From: Octopus sinensis
Taxonomy: Eukaryota
DNA length: 64,000 nt
Assembly: GCF_006345805.1 (NCBI RefSeq)
Contig: NC_042999.1
Coordinates: 25,792,001 to 25,856,000, forward strand
Reading direction: 5' to 3'
Within the stretch, counting starts at the first letter, position 1; the number at the start of each line of letters is the position of its first letter. Shown piece after piece: positions 25,151-40,739 of this stretch. The notes beneath the pieces were generated by a model. That model was not told the origin of the DNA, made no database searches, and saw only the letters and a program-made list of their open reading frames with translations. Position numbers and translations under genes: made by a program.

Positions 25151-26125
25151 GCAATAAAAATAATCATGGTAGAAATGCGTTTTAGTATTGCCGATGGCCA
25201 ATTAGTGATTGTAGTTTCAGAAGAAGATTGATAGCTGAAGAAAAATGAAACCAACACATGAAGGAAGAAAAGTAAAAATATCCTAGAGACAAAAAAATAA
25301 TAAATTCTGCATGCAATCCGGTGCTCAGTTTATTGTCAAAAAAAAAAAAAATTAGCCGTTTTGAGAAATAAAGATATGTGGAAGCTATGGAATCCTGATC
25401 CAATTGAAGTAAGAGGAATATCATAAAAAATATAAATTCGAAGTCTGTTTTACCAAGAAATGAATTTGTTGTTTAAGATTTTGTTTAATCATGCGTTTCT
25501 TTTATATTCTTTTTTTGATCACTTTTACTTTAAGTATAAATTGCTTTTATTTTTGTTATCAAGTATTTTTCAGAAATCCGTCTGATTACCTCAAAATGCA
25601 AAATAAATTGTCAATAAAATATTTTTGTTACAAATAGTTTTGCTAAAGAGTAAAAGATAAATAAAAAAACAAAACAAAACAAGACAAAGCAAAAAAGCAA
25701 TAAAAATGAAGTAAGACGAGAGAAATTGTGGCATGTTGTGGAACGAGTGATTCTAGAGCTCCATACTGATATAGAGATTCTGATTATAATAAATGTTTAG
25801 TTTCAGAAATGAACATATTTCAATACTGTAAAAAAAAACAAGTTGGAGCAAAAACACACACAAACATACACACACATAATGTAAAGGTAAAAAACCAAAA
25901 TAAATATCAAGCTTATTTCGAATCTTTCAAAGAAAGAACATGTCTTTAATAAAAGATATTTTGCCATAAAATATGTCATTTGAATTTTGTGTGTATTTTC
26001 AAAGAGATTAATAGGGAATCTTTGATATTGAAATACATGTAGCAGCATGAGCTGGGGAATTGTGTCATAACTTTTGTAATAGTTAATGTCAAGACCAAAA
26101 GTGTGCGTGGGCGAGTGTGCGTATG

Positions 26126-26156
<31 letters not shown>

Positions 26157-27851
26157 TGTGCGCGTGTGTGCGTGGCTGAGTCTGGTTTTGAGCAGAGCAC
26201 GTTATATTTTGTCGATTTTGAAATATAATTATAGCTATAAGTATAAGGAATCCACTAATTTTTATTCAAATGAATTGAGGATTACGAACAGCGGTAGTAG
26301 TGCATTGGAGAACAACATACACACGTAAAAACGTAAGGGTATATAGACATACGCACATATATAATTTGCATGGAATATTGACGGTAAATTCGAAGTTTCA
26401 CTGCCGCATGTTTGTCAGAAAAATATTATTTGATGGCTGGAAGCAAACGCATGGGGCAAGGAAGTGGTAAAAGTATGATATTATATAGAAAATGAAAGAA
26501 GTAAACCCAAATCACTCAAGATTTAGAGATAATTTGATTAGGGTGAGATTATATTTCAAAAAAAAAAATGGGAATCTATTCAAAGATAAAGATGAAAAAG
26601 GGAAAACGTGAACTAAATGGGAGACTGGAAGATAATCATAGACGCTCAAATATGCCAGACATGTTGGTGCATAAAATTACTGATACTATTTCAATACATA
26701 CATACGGTCCGTAAGCCCACGTAAAGGCACACTTCTCCAGATAAAATTATGTAATAACTGAATGCATACGTGGTTCATACCGACAGACACATTATCATTC
26801 ATGCATGTGTGATCATAAATTCAAACAAATTCTCATAGATGGTCAATATATATAGCAAAATTGACTTGCATAAATACAAGATCTATATATACAGACACTG
26901 TCATACATGGCTAGATTGTCCATATATGCTAATAAATTGTCAAACATAAGTACATCATCCATTAATACTGATCGGTTTTCATAGATAAATTCTGACGAGT
27001 GCGTTTGTATGCTTCTATGTAAGATGAGTAGTTAATGCATCACAGTGTACAGTTACATATTGGAGAGTGTTCTGTTTTACACGCAGGTACTGTGACCTGC
27101 TTATGCACTCGATACATGTTAGTGAGTACAGACATAGACGAACGTCGGTGCCATGATAATATTAGAGTATCCAATGGCGTAGGGCGCATATAATTTGAAT
27201 TCTTGACAATTAGTTTGTTCAGTTAGTGTGTGTGGTTATGTGAGGACATCAGTGTGGCTGCTTTATGTTAGGTCGAGTTTGTGGTTGTATGTGCCTAGTC
27301 ATCCGCGACCTCTTTAAGGAATCATTCTTTTGTCTCTTTCATTTTTGCTCACCCTCATGTCTGCTGAGGCTTTAAGGGTTCATGCGTTTTGGATGTAGTT
27401 CGTTATGTGAGGTTGTGGAGTGGGAGGAGAGAACAGAGTAGGCGTGTTGGTGTGTGTGTGTGTCTATGAACGTCTGTGTGCACGTGTGTGTTTGTAGGTC
27501 AGTATGTACGTGCGCATGTATGTGCGTGTGTGCGTGTGAGGGGAAAGAGTGACCGCGTGTGGTGGCTATTCAAAAAAGAAAAAAAAGAATCAAACCGTCA
27601 GATAAACTCACACGTATGCTAGAATACATAAGAAAACAGATACATGTTCATAGACACATATACTCACAGCACCACACAAAGAAGCAGACTAGAAATCACA
27701 CAAGACCGCATGCTGTATGCTTATTATACACTTAATGATTTTTATATTAAACAGCCGAGGTTAAACAAGAACAAACAATAACACAATGAGCGAACTGCAT
27801 AGTCTTTGTTGTTATCACCATTACCACTACTACATTTAATTAACTACAATC

Positions 27852-27900
<49 letters not shown>

Positions 27901-28209
27901 TATCATCGTCATCATCATCATCATCATCATCTCCAACAGCACATAGAGCGACAAACAAAGACACAAATATTTTACCATATTGTTTTTTTCTGATACAGTA
28001 TATTTCTTTGTAGTTTATGATGCGAAATTTTTCAATAATATGTGAAATAGATTCTGTGAGATCTCTGACAGTGTAGATTCTAGACACCCGTATCTCGTTA
28101 TATTTCGATGGAAATTTATGTAGTTTCGGAACAGAATTCCATAATAACTGTGAAAACATGCTGTGAAAGTTAGAACAATGTTGATGATATTCTGTTAAAT
28201 ATAATTTAA

Positions 28210-29157
28210 CTAATAATGCATACGGGCGTTGCCCGGGTGTTATTACTTACAGCCACATTGTATTATATGCGTATATACTCAATTTTGGAGTTCAAGTGGA
28301 ACTTAACGCACCGCACACAAAGCAGTTTAGCGTTGCCCGGGTCGTTGATAACAATAATATCACGCCCAACTGGTATTGCAGTACATGTCTCTGATAAGGA
28401 AATATTGATTGGAAATTGTACCAATCAATGAACACGGTGGGCATCCCGTCCAATGAAGTGACACACACCATGGGCAGACTCATGTGTTTATGTGACCGTA
28501 ATTTGACTTTGCAAAAATGCGCGGTGTTGTTGTCTTCAATGAGGTTATCAGGTCAGACATTTGTTTTCCATCAAAAATAGGGGGATCCGTGACAAAATCC
28601 TTACGAAATTTGAGGCTTAGGGCATGAATTTTCTGTTGAAAAATAGGGCTTCGTGCAGAGAAATAGTATCACAATACTTCAAATGCATTGTTGAATCATG
28701 GAATACTGAAGACATTCACATTAGCAGTTCAGTTGTGACACAAAGGCCATCATTGACAGAAAATGTGTCAATAATTGTTCAAAAAAAGAATGGTTTTTTG
28801 GTCAGTTTTCATTGACAAATAGAATGTTCTGCATCACAAATGCACTCATAACTCTCCTTATAGATTGCTGCATATTTTGACACCGCAAACATTAAAATTG
28901 GCAACGGATATTAGAAGATAATCCAAATATTGCCCGAAAATGACCTCAAAAGTGTGCGATCCTACCTAGTTTTCGAGGTTATTTTTCTAATAAAAAAGAG
29001 TTGTTTCGCAAAAACTATACTTCATTTGGTAGCCGAAAGATTTCTTGATTTTTTGATACATCATACGTCAAAATCAGCAACTAAGTTTTCGAATACATAA
29101 GGAACATACACACCACAGACATACATACACACACACAAAATCTATTATATATATAGA
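28210..29157 (-). mobile_element. Non-autonomous Helitron-like element
   Basis: Minus strand starts A^TCtatatatataatagat..tgtgtgtatgtatgtctg. It ends with the hairpin cccgggcaacgcccgt followed by TTAG^T (degenerate CTAG). A second hairpin copy lies at 28331-28341. Confidence 0.65.
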
Positions 29158-30426
29158 TTATAACAACATTATCAGTGCTATTAATATAAACATGTATTGA
29201 TTAAAATATCTGCAGATTTTGTCTTAATATTAAACGGGTTCTGAGAATGACCTATAAAGAGGAACTCATAATCAAGTTTATGATTTATTATTATGATTTA
29301 TGGCGACATAGTTATTGTCAAATTCAGGAACTGACTCAGGAATCGGAAGGACAATTGCTATATTTAGGACACTATAGTTAGTAAGATACACTTTATGTAG
29401 CATTATATTTATGTTGTTACCATGGAAATCAATTTGATGGATGCGAAATCATATTAAACCTGGAATATGTTGATGAAACTTTTAGAATATTGGACAAAAT
29501 TCCTTACGGTATTTGAGACTATTTACATGAGTTCAAATACTACCTAGATCAACTGCGTAATTTAACATACCACACCCATAAGTGCCACTGAAATAAAAAT
29601 CGATTTAATATTCCTGTCTTTCATCCAGGTTGCAAATAAAAATGTATAAGACTCGATGTCACAATATAAAGCTTTTCGTTTCTGTCGATTAAATTTCAGA
29701 AATGTCAAGACGAAATTGTTTCGAGATATTATCCATAGATAGGCTGAGAGACAAGAATGGAGCTTGTAATTTTCCAAAGAAACTGCCCAACTTTTTATCA
29801 TATTCAATATTGTTGCTCTTTAATAATATGATCCAGCCATAAGAATTTGAAGTAGAAGAAAATACTATAAATGTTTTATAAAGAACTCTCTATTACCATT
29901 CACTTAAGACTATCTAATCTTAATTAAATCTGAAGACAACATTATTTCGAGAACAAACCAATTCAAATATTTCGTATAAAGTTTATTATTTATAGCACCA
30001 AAAGCAGCCAAATGGAGAACAACCATTTGTGTTTCTTAATCGAAAATACCCAGCAGGCGTACTTATACGAATGTCTTCCTTGTATACACACATTTATAGA
30101 ACCTAATCTTGGTCAATTTACAGATAAAATTCATGGCGATGCCACTTTCAGTTTTAATGGAATTATTCTGCCTGATATCCGATAATGATAATTTCCATAG
30201 GGATAACTCAAAATGGTTTAAGGAAACACTAATTATCTGTAAACAATATCCTAATGTTGATGCATTTATTGAAAATCAATTATATTGAGATAACTAACCT
30301 TTTTCTTTCCTAGAAACCAGACGATCAGGCTGTCTGCTCTCGGTTTGTCTCTTGTCTGTCTATTTGTCTGTCTGTCTGTCTGTCTATTTGTCTGTCTGTC
30401 TGTCTATTTGTCTGTCTGTCTGTCTC

Positions 30427-30459
<33 letters not shown>

Positions 30460-30467
30460 CAAATCAA

Positions 30468-30582
<115 letters not shown>

Positions 30583-30864
30583 CATCCTTCTGTCTAGGCC
30601 TGTGTGCAACTATCTATCTGACTATTTATCTGTTCTGACGCCTATCAATCTATGTGCTGGTGTATATGTCTGCCTCTCTGTCTTTAGATATATATTAGGA
30701 TAAGAGGTAATGCGAAAAGTAGATACTAATATATGGACCCATGTCATTTCATACATACACAAACACGCACATCGGCATCATTCGTCAGTTTCGATGATCG
30801 CCTTACCCACGGTCTTTTATACAATATATTCTACACAATGCTTCATAGTAATTATTCCATTATA

Positions 30865-30912
<48 letters not shown>

Positions 30913-30926
30913 CTTATAATGGAATA

Positions 30927-30988
<62 letters not shown>

Positions 30989-30991
30989 ATG

Positions 30992-31026
<35 letters not shown>

Positions 31027-31441
31027 ATGCATATATATATATATATATATATATACATGAAATTGTCATAAGCGTTGAATATACTCTAGGCACATGAACA
31101 ACTAAGACACCAGAACTGGCTGGGTACGATAACAATGAGGTGAACAACATTGAATTATCAAGTATTGATAGGATACTGTAGATTTTTAAGTGACAATTTC
31201 AATTTACACCGTAGACTGCTTCTTTGGTAGAATGTTATTGATGTACTCAAAGATTACGTCATAAAATATAATACATAATCATCGGGTAAAAAATTAAACA
31301 GGTAATGTTTCAAACTCGAGGGATGTCATTTATCAACTTCGACAAATTCAACATAGTATTTCGCTGTACATCTCGTAATAATGTACTATTTTTTCCACCT
31401 TGCTACGGGCCAATGTGCTGAAAAACTTACTTACATATAAG

Positions 31442-31472
<31 letters not shown>

Positions 31473-31556
31473 GTGTGTGTGTCAATTATATTAGATATAT
31501 GAAAATTATATCAATATATGCAAATATATATAAATTATATCAGTATATACATATGA

Positions 31557-31610
<54 letters not shown>

Positions 31611-31616
31611 CATATG

Positions 31617-31667
<51 letters not shown>

Positions 31668-31860
31668 TATAGGTAGTGGTAAGAAGCTTGTTTCCCAACC
31701 ACATGGTTCCAGGTTCAGTCCCACTGTGAGGCAGCTTGGACAAGTGTCTTTTACTGTAGTCACGGACCTAGCGGAGCCTTGTGAGTGGACTTGGTAGACA
31801 GAAATTGAAAGAATCCCAGTATATATATATGTTTGTATGTTTGTATGTTTGTATGCACGT
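31668..31860 (+). mobile_element. SINE family A, head half
   Basis: gtggtaagaagcttgtttcccaaccacatggttccaggttcagtcccactg...gccttgtgagtggacttggtagac. Confidence 0.8.
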
Positions 31861-31872
31861 TTGTTTGCAACT

Positions 31873-31989
<117 letters not shown>

Positions 31990-32917
31990 GTTTTTATGTC
32001 GGTTTGTACATAATTTACAAATACTCTTCCAAGATGATTCTTTTTCGATTTGGAAACGACATAATTAGAAATTAAGCGCCATCCAATATATAGCAGGAAT
32101 TTTAATATTCTTCCATTCATGTAGAAATAAATACCAGTTGAAATTAAACTTTGGAAAAACGTATTTACGTTATAATATTTATCTAAATTCGCATATTATA
32201 TTTAATATCATCAATTTATTATTAATAAATATTTATTAGATTATAGCGAAAATATGGATATATTTTAGTTTTCTTTAACAGTGGGGAACAATTTGGAATA
32301 TAATTTCTGCTCAATGTTTCACTTCATGTTCAATGTTTCACTTTGTTTAGACTGAAATTGGCAGGCTGATTTCAAAACTAGAATCAGCTTTGTGCTATCA
32401 TGTCATATATTTTTTACAGCTTACTCTCTGAATTATGCACAAACGTATTGTTCCTCCGTGATCTGTAGGACTCTGCTAGTTGCTCATATTTTATTGATGA
32501 GGTGTGAGAATTGTTCAAATGTGGTGATTTATGTTGTATTTTAAAAAGCATGGCAGCTTATGCTTAGTTTCAAATCTCACTCCCAAAATAATTCCCAATT
32601 ACTGACCAATCAGATGCCACATCCTTATAATAGCCAGCTTCCTGTTAAAAGATGGAGGTACTAAACTGACTTAGTGTTAAGAAGCATGAAATTACATGAA
32701 TGTAACCATATGGGAGCATCATGCACATTAGTACAGACGATTCGAAGTTAGGCGTCTAGACAATAGATTTGTACTTCGAAGGAGTGCTGGGAACTCTTTG
32801 AGCTGTGTGAAATGGTGGTTTGAAACATGGAAGGATTGTGTCCTATGTCTAAATTCCGAACGTGTTCTTTTTCTTATGGAGTATTTCTGAGAAAGTACAT
32901 GTAAGAAAGGTGTATTT

Positions 32918-32973
<56 letters not shown>

Positions 32974-33160
32974 TATATATATATATATTATATATATATA
33001 TATAGACTTTATGTCTGACCACATAAAATATTTTTCACTATAAAAATACTGAGTGTCGAAACGAGGAAAGCAATTAATATTGTAAGTGGCTAGACGATTT
33101 AAACTCTATTTTTCAGCATATTGACAGATATTTTTTATTTATTTTCCCCTTATATATAAT

Positions 33161-33238
<78 letters not shown>

Positions 33239-33457
33239 AATAAGTGTGCGTGCAGGGTGACCAAAGTCTTATGAGTGCATCTAGAAGTTCGCCAATTTTT
33301 TTTTTGTTCTTTTCTTCCCTTTTACGATCCCTCTTGATCGAAAACCTACGCCACCCCTTTTTTTTCCTGTTTTTTATTCTCTTCATCCCCCAAAAGAAAA
33401 GCTCTACCTTGTAACTTGTCCCATCTGTGTGCAGCCCTGTGTGGCCAATAAAGAAAC

Positions 33458-33545
<88 letters not shown>

Positions 33546-33948
33546 TTATCTATCTATTTATCTCTCTCTGTCTCTGTCTCTCACTCTCTCTCTCTATATA
33601 TATAATATATATAATATATATATATATATATAATATTATATATATAATATATATATATATATATAAATATAAAATGGCACAAGAACGCAAAACATTCAGA
33701 AGACGATACAAAAAACACGGACGGGTCATTCGAAGCCTTCAATCTTCAATCAAGAACCGGATCCTCTTCGCAAATTCGGCTGATTAATCTTGAGATTGCT
33801 CCAATCCAGCCAGCCCCAAGGGAAATCTAAGCTAAACGCATTAGATTCCTTGGAAAAAAAAACTTCGAATGTATACGAAACATGTATACGGACGATGTCA
33901 CACGAATAGGAATACAAAAATAATACAAAAATCAATATTAATAATAAC

Positions 33949-34007
<59 letters not shown>

Positions 34008-34434
34008 TAATAAAAATAACAGAATATCACAACAGGCGTCTTTCAACTTAGACGAATTCAACTCAGCTGGCGTGTTAGGAATGTGCTTTGGAGCAGAGAG
34101 AAAAAAATGTTGATGTTACCACGAACGCTGCTAGACCTAAAAGGCCAGTAGTCAGACAGTCGGTCACGTGTGAAAAGAAGAGAGAGGAAAATAGGGGCAG
34201 AGGAATTAAGGAGGGGGAGAAGAGAGAAAAATTGAGGAACAAGGAATTAAGGAGGAGGAGAAGAGAGAGAGAGAAAGAGAGAGCGAGAAAAAGAGACAGG
34301 GACAAAGTGAAGTGCAAAGTAAGAAAGGCAAAGTAATGTAGGAGAGGAGGAGAGAGACAGTGTTGTAGAGTCGTACCAAGTTTAGAGAAATGTGTACTTA
34401 CATATAAGAGAATAAGGGTATATATATATATATA

Positions 34435-34460
34435 TCACGTGATCACGTGATATCACGTGA
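34435..34460. promoter_or_regulatory. Three closely spaced TCACGTGA palindromes (E-box core)
   Basis: TCACGTGA at 34435-34442, 34443-34450 and 34453-34460, at the edge of a GC-richer block (to ~34562) between (TA)n tracts. Function not shown. Confidence 0.35.
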
Positions 34461-34559
34461 CCGACCAGACCATCAGATGTGGCTACACATCGCTGGTCAC
34501 AATGCGTTCGCATTGTTTTAGCCTTCGAATGACGCCACCCCGCTGGGTAAGCGAGCAGG

Positions 34560-34590
<31 letters not shown>

Positions 34591-35869
34591 GGGGGAGGGG
34601 GTAATTGACACCCGTGTATTAGCATTCTGTAATTTACGGTTCGGCAAAGGACCAGAAAATAAAATAAGTAGTAATCTTGAAAGATAGTCCTGATTTCGAT
34701 TTGTTCGACTAAAAGCCGTCAAGGCCATACTACAGTATGGCCACAGTCAAATAACTGAAACAAGAAACAGAAAAGATAAAAGAAACAAAAGATACATGCA
34801 TACAGACGTACATACAGGCATACATACACCTACACATACATTCACCCACTCACATACATACATACATATATAAAAACAAAGGACGAAGACAAGTGGTGTA
34901 CAAAACAAACAGATATATTAGTATAACGCTCAGGAATAGAAAAGAGTCTTTTACGTTTCGAGCCTACGCTCTTCTACGTAAAGGTACACAGAAAAAAACA
35001 AGGAGAGAAAAAAAGGAGAGAAAAAGAGAAAAAAAGGAGTATATATAGATATATAATTATATACACATAATTATATTATGCTTAACCAAAATATGTTGAG
35101 ATAGAAATATTTCCTATTCGCATATATTTAGAAATAGTGTGTGAGAAACTGAGAGGAAGAGCGAGTGAAGGTGAGTTGTAGATATATAGCAAGTGTGATA
35201 AGAGCATAGAGAGGGACAGAGAGTAATGTAACAGTAATGGAGAGGAAAAATAAAATCATTGAAAAAATACGAAAGAGTGTAAAGAGAAAAAAGTATCACT
35301 AGGATTCTATTGGTAATTGTTCTTATGTGTGAATGATGTAGGTGTATTGATCTTGCATCGACCTGTTACCAACAATGGTGATGTAAATCTCGTTAGAACG
35401 AGTTGGAGATCTGGTACAGACGTTAACTAATAATTCAGAATGACAACAACAAATGCTTTTAATATCTGAGCAATTATCACTTAGCAGTCTCTTGTACATC
35501 TTATTGATATGACCGACAAAATATTTTTTTTTTTACTCTCTCCAAATATGCGAAGGAGAGCAAACAAAAGATGGTAACTAGGAGAAGATGATCAAAGTGT
35601 TTGTTGGTGATATTTAGGATTTACTTTCACAACTAAATAAACATAAAGGCATGGGTTTTGTTTGGAACTAAGAAAGCATATGCGCATATGTAATATGAAG
35701 TAATGCACTAGCAAGAAACTATTGTTTGTGAGTGTGAGTGAATGTGAGTGCGTGAGTGAGTGTAAGTAAGTGTGAGTGAGTATGAGTTTGTGTGAGTAAA
35801 TGCATCTGAATTGGAGTGTATGTGTATGTAAATATGTCTGTAAAAAAATTCAATGCGCCCTTTTAAAGC

Positions 35870-36100
35870 TTAGCCAGTTACATGGGCTTTGTTTGTGTCT
35901 GTGTTTGTGCCCCTAACATCGCTTGAGAACCGATGGGGGTGTGTTTACGTCCCAGTAACCTAGTGGTTCGGTAAAAGAGACCGATAGAATAAGTACTAGG
36001 CTTACAAAGAATAAGTCCTGGGATCGATTTGTTCGATCGACTAAAGGCGGTGCTCCATCATGGCCACAGTCAAATGACTGAAAGAAGTAAAAGAGTAAGA
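35870..36100 (+). mobile_element. SINE family A, tail half
   Basis: gtttgtgtctgtgtttgtgcccc...gttcggtaaaagagaccgatagaataagtact...ggcggtgctcca.catggccacagtcaaatgactgaaa. Confidence 0.85.
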
Positions 36101-37199
36101 AAGTATCTGTCTCAAATGAAAATATATTGCGGTTAGATTACATGATCTATATTTAGTGACTGAGGTTAGTATTTGAAATATTATTATTATGTGTTAATGA
36201 TATAGATGTATTTTCTGAAGAAATTTACGAATTTATACCCGCATTTGATTTCCGTGAATTCTTGCATACACACACACAGGAATACATACATACATTTGTG
36301 TGCGCACCTGTGTGTATGCATGTGTGTGTATTTCAAATCCTCGCTGGGGGTGCAGTGTGCTTTTAATGTGTAGAGAATGAGACCTTGCCCGATGGAGCGT
36401 TTCAATATGAACATTTTGAGCATTTCTTTTAGCTCTCATATGAAGAAAATTTTAAGGCATAAGTTCAAACAAAATACCATATAAATTAATTTTTTCCTTT
36501 CCACTCTAACGCACACATATATCTCTTGTTCCTTCGTTGAGGATGACAAGATGGTTAAGAATATAGAAAAATATGTCTTGCTAGAAACAAGGAACTGGAA
36601 ATCTTGGAAGCAAACTACTTGGATATCACTCCCAAGCTAAGATTCCATAAGTCCTTTATTCCCTCTCAACTTTAGCTTTGTTAAGGCATACAAAAGCCGA
36701 AGATACGTCTTTAACGACAAAACTAAGAACATATATATATGTTATAGATAACAGAACATGCAAGGGTTTACAAACAAACATTACATAACATACAATATAA
36801 TTTCCTCTCATGTTTAAGATAGTATTAAACACAGCTAAGCAGATAATTATTGGGATGAATATTGAGGGAATATGCATTTCTAGCAAATCCTTGTGTTTCT
36901 GTAAAATTCTGTTTGAAATTGCCTCTCTGCGGAATTAACTGATACGAACGTAATATTGTGATGATCTAGTGATTCAAATTAGGATGACCATCCTTTGGAG
37001 ACGACATCATGTACGGGTAAATGTCCACGATCAGAACAGCAATACATTTGCAATAAATGCTACTGGGATTCCTTAAAATCTTCTCCCAACTGCTCAAGAA
37101 ATATCGAAATCTCTAAGAGTCTTTAAAAATTAGTGCATCGATGTTACATTCATGCAAATATAATTCATTAAAGTTTGTTCCTTTATTCTTCGGAAAATG

Positions 37200-37560
37200 T
37201 GCATGAACTTCAATCATCTTCAAGTTTTCATTTAAAATTATGCCCTAAAATGTCTCTGGCCAGGACTATAAATGTCAACGTGAAATATCTCATAGGCTAC
37301 GATAATGTATACTGTCTACTTTGATTGGAATAACTCCTTTGCTCCAGCCGAATGATCAAGTTGTGATAGTTAACTTCAAGGCATATTATATGAGAACGTC
37401 CAAACAAATTATGAAATACTGTGAATAATATAGCTCAGTTCTGGGATGGAGTGAAACTTCAGCTTCGAAGAGTGCTTGGAAAAGTATATTGGCAGACTGT
37501 ATCCATGACATTACAATTTTTTCTCAAGTTAAAGTCTACATCAAATTCGAAAAACAAAAG
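37200..37560 (+). pseudogene. Tigger/pogo-type (DDE_1) transposase relic
   Basis: FSFKIMP*NVSG (cf. FKILLxLDNAPGH), ITPLLQPNDQVVIVNFKAYYMR (cf. TSLLQPMDQGVIxxFKAYY), then WDGVK..SAWK. Confidence 0.65.
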
Positions 37561-38009
37561 AAAAAATATGAATCTTGCCAATGATGCAGCATTTGAAAAT
37601 TCATAGAGAATGATGCGGTAGAGTTGGTAGTGTCCCAGAAAGAAAATTTATCTAACAGGGCGCTGGTGCTATCACACAGTAGTCAATATCTTATGTGGTG
37701 GGAACGTATTCTTACGATAAAAGGATACTTTTAATAAGCTTTTGAAATATTTTTGTTGTTTTACTGTATCGTGTATGTTTAGAAATAGTTATTTTCTTGT
37801 ATGAAGGGGAATGTGTTGTTTGCTCTCTTGCTTCCTTGTGCTACTTTTGGTTTCGAAAATTTCTTTAGGAACGCAATAATATGAATATCAAAAGAAAAAT
37901 AAATTCCTCATTACGGTCAGATTTTCGGGGTCATATCACTTCCGCAAAGAAAGGGATATGTGTATGTATGTATGTATGTATGTATGTATGTATTTATATA
38001 AGTATGCCA

Positions 38010-38086
<77 letters not shown>

Positions 38087-38348
38087 ATATATATATGTAT
38101 ATGTCTGTATTTATGCATATATATATATGCATATATACACACACAGATATATATATATTTATATATATACATACATAGATATATATATATATATATATAA
38201 ATATACGTACACACAAATATATATACATATATACAAATATATATATACACATGCATATGTATATATCTATATCCCTATTCATCTATCTCTCTATGAATCT
38301 TGCTATCTTGATATCTCTATATCGATATCTATCTATCTATCTATCTAA

Positions 38349-38380
<32 letters not shown>

Positions 38381-38381
38381 A

Positions 38382-38416
<35 letters not shown>

Positions 38417-38428
38417 GTCTCCCTCTAT

Positions 38429-38462
<34 letters not shown>

Positions 38463-39001
38463 GTATGTATATACACACACATATACATATCTACTTATAT
38501 GTATATATGATATACAAATATAAATACATATATATGTATGTATACATATATATATGTGTGTGTTTATGTGTATACAAACATACATATGAGTCAGACATAC
38601 TTACTGAAGTTCTTTTCCGCAGCTAACAGGCATATTGGAAATGCAAGAAGCTCGTCAATAAGTCTCCGAATATACAGAAGATTATATGTAATTAAGACTT
38701 CAACCTATTATTATTCTAATGGACACCCTACTTAGTATCTTACAAAGAATCTCTGTAATTCATGTCTGTATCTCTCCCTGAAATGATCGCTAGTTTGTTT
38801 TTCTGAAGCACTAACTACTCACAATCACTGCGCCCCTTCCATATATCTGCTGCTAAAGAAACCTATCACTCTGTATAGGATTGGAGCTATTTAGCTAGCA
38901 ACGATATTAACCTTTGTATACATGCTTTTTTTCTCATCATTTTCTCTCACTACGATACGCTTATAGCTCTGCTTTCCTCAAACTGCATCGCATGTAAATA
39001 A

Positions 39002-39077
<76 letters not shown>

Positions 39078-39089
39078 ATACATATATAT

Positions 39090-40739
39090 ATGTATGTATA
39101 TATATGTATATACGCATCTATATATATAAACACGCTCCCAAGAAATCTACTAACACAAACAGAAACCGGCTCCCTAAAAAGAAAAAAACACTCATCAGGC
39201 GCATCAAAAGACTCAACAAAAAAAATCAACCAATTAAAATATTCCCACACGCAACATCCACATTCAACAACAATGAAAAGACTAGAGCTGGAAAAACTTC
39301 ATCTGCAGACTAACATGAAAACCTCCATTGAAAATCAAAGAGCTGTGGAGGAACAATGGGTAATCAAAAACATCAAACAGAACCCAAAAGTGTTCTATTC
39401 TTATGCAAATAAGCATAGAACCACTGTCTCACCTATTGGGCCATTGATTGATGAAAACGGCATTCTCCAACACGATGCTAAAGAAATGGCAGAAATACTG
39501 CAGAAACAATATTGCTCTGTCTTCAGTGTTCCCACTGATATTGATGTGAGGGAAACGAACGAAGCTGACTCCCAACACAAAATCGCAGACATAACCTTCA
39601 CTGCCACCGACATCGTAGCAGCAATAAATGAGGTCAAACATTACTCCGCTGTAGGCCCTGATAGATTTCCCGCCAGTCTCCTGAAGGAATGTAGATATCA
39701 ACTTGCAGTCCGTCTGACCAACCTCTGGAGAAACTCGTTAGACGCAGGTTATATACCGAAAAAGTTTCTATCCCAGTTGGTCATCCCGGTTTTCAAACAG
39801 GGAAACAGATCCCTCGCAGTCAACTATCGCCCAATCTCACTCACCTCCCACATCATTAAAGTGTTTGAAAGAGTGTTAAGACCAAGGATAGCTGACTTCC
39901 TGGAGACCCACAAACTCCTAAATTCAAATCAACATGGCTTTCGCTGTGGCAGGGACTGTCTAACACAGCTCTTACACCACATTGAAGATGTACTCAAAGC
40001 CTTGGGAACAGGTTCGAACTCTGACGTCATATACCTTGACTTCAGTAAAGCATTCGACAGGGTAGACCATAACATCCTACTCTCAAAATTGGCAAATGTT
40101 GGAATCCGTGGAAAAGTTCTACACTGGATTCAGTATTTCCTAGCGAATAGAACACAACATGTTGTAGTTGATGGAGTCCACTCAAACCCAGCAAAAGTCA
40201 CCAGCGGTGTTCCCCAGGGAACTGTTTTGGGTCCGCTACTCTTCATAATTTATGTAAACGACCTTTCCAGTGTCGTACATCACTGCAAAGTGAAAATATT
40301 CGCTGATGACACTAAGCTCCAGCAAATCGTCAATGAAGAAGCAGACCGAACTCAACTCCAGTCTGACCTATATGCTGTGAGTCAATGGGCAGACAGAAGC
40401 AAAATGCAACTGAATGAGGGAAAATTTGAGCTGATGCATTTTGGAAGAAATTCCTCACTAAAACAACCATACTCTCTTCCTTCAGGGGAACCGCTCACAG
40501 CCTCTAACAATATCAGAGACCTGGGTGTAATTGTTGATGACGATCTCAGTTGGAGTGCACACATCAACAAGAAGGTCGATACAGCTCGTAGGATGAGTTC
40601 CTGGATCTTAAGAACTTTCCGGTCCAGAGAACAAGGTGTCATCATACCACTTTTTTCATCCTTTGTACGGCCACACCTTGAATACTGCTGCCCACTGTGG
40701 TCTCCTCACACAAGACAAAACATCTCCAGAATTGAGTAA
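39090..40739 (+). CDS. Reverse transcriptase of a 5'-truncated CR1-group LINE (ORF2 without endonuclease)
   Basis: Provided 549-aa ORF: [94 protein letters not shown]. The first residues are microsatellite. The ORF ends at a premature stop plus frameshift. Confidence 0.9.
   Translation: MYVYICIYASIYINTLPRNLLTQTETGSLKRKKHSSGASKDSTKKINQLKYSHTQHPHSTTMKRLELEKLHLQTNMKTSIENQRAVEEQWVIKNIKQNPKVFYSYANKHRTTVSPIGPLIDENGILQHDAKEMAEILQKQYCSVFSVPTDIDVRETNEADSQHKIADITFTATDIVAAINEVKHYSAVGPDRFPASLLKECRYQLAVRLTNLWRNSLDAGYIPKKFLSQLVIPVFKQGNRSLAVNYRPISLTSHIIKVFERVLRPRIADFLETHKLLNSNQHGFRCGRDCLTQLLHHIEDVLKALGTGSNSDVIYLDFSKAFDRVDHNILLSKLANVGIRGKVLHWIQYFLANRTQHVVVDGVHSNPAKVTSGVPQGTVLGPLLFIIYVNDLSSVVHHCKVKIFADDTKLQQIVNEEADRTQLQSDLYAVSQWADRSKMQLNEGKFELMHFGRNSSLKQPYSLPSGEPLTASNNIRDLGVIVDDDLSWSAHINKKVDTARRMSSWILRTFRSREQGVIIPLFSSFVRPHLEYCCPLWSPHTRQNISRIE

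Noticed and set aside
29400-30100. Possible ancient LINE RT traces (KAF-like, QFKY); similar hints at ~49200-49500 and ~61500-62160
   Set aside because: The motifs are too short and scattered to support a call without a profile search.
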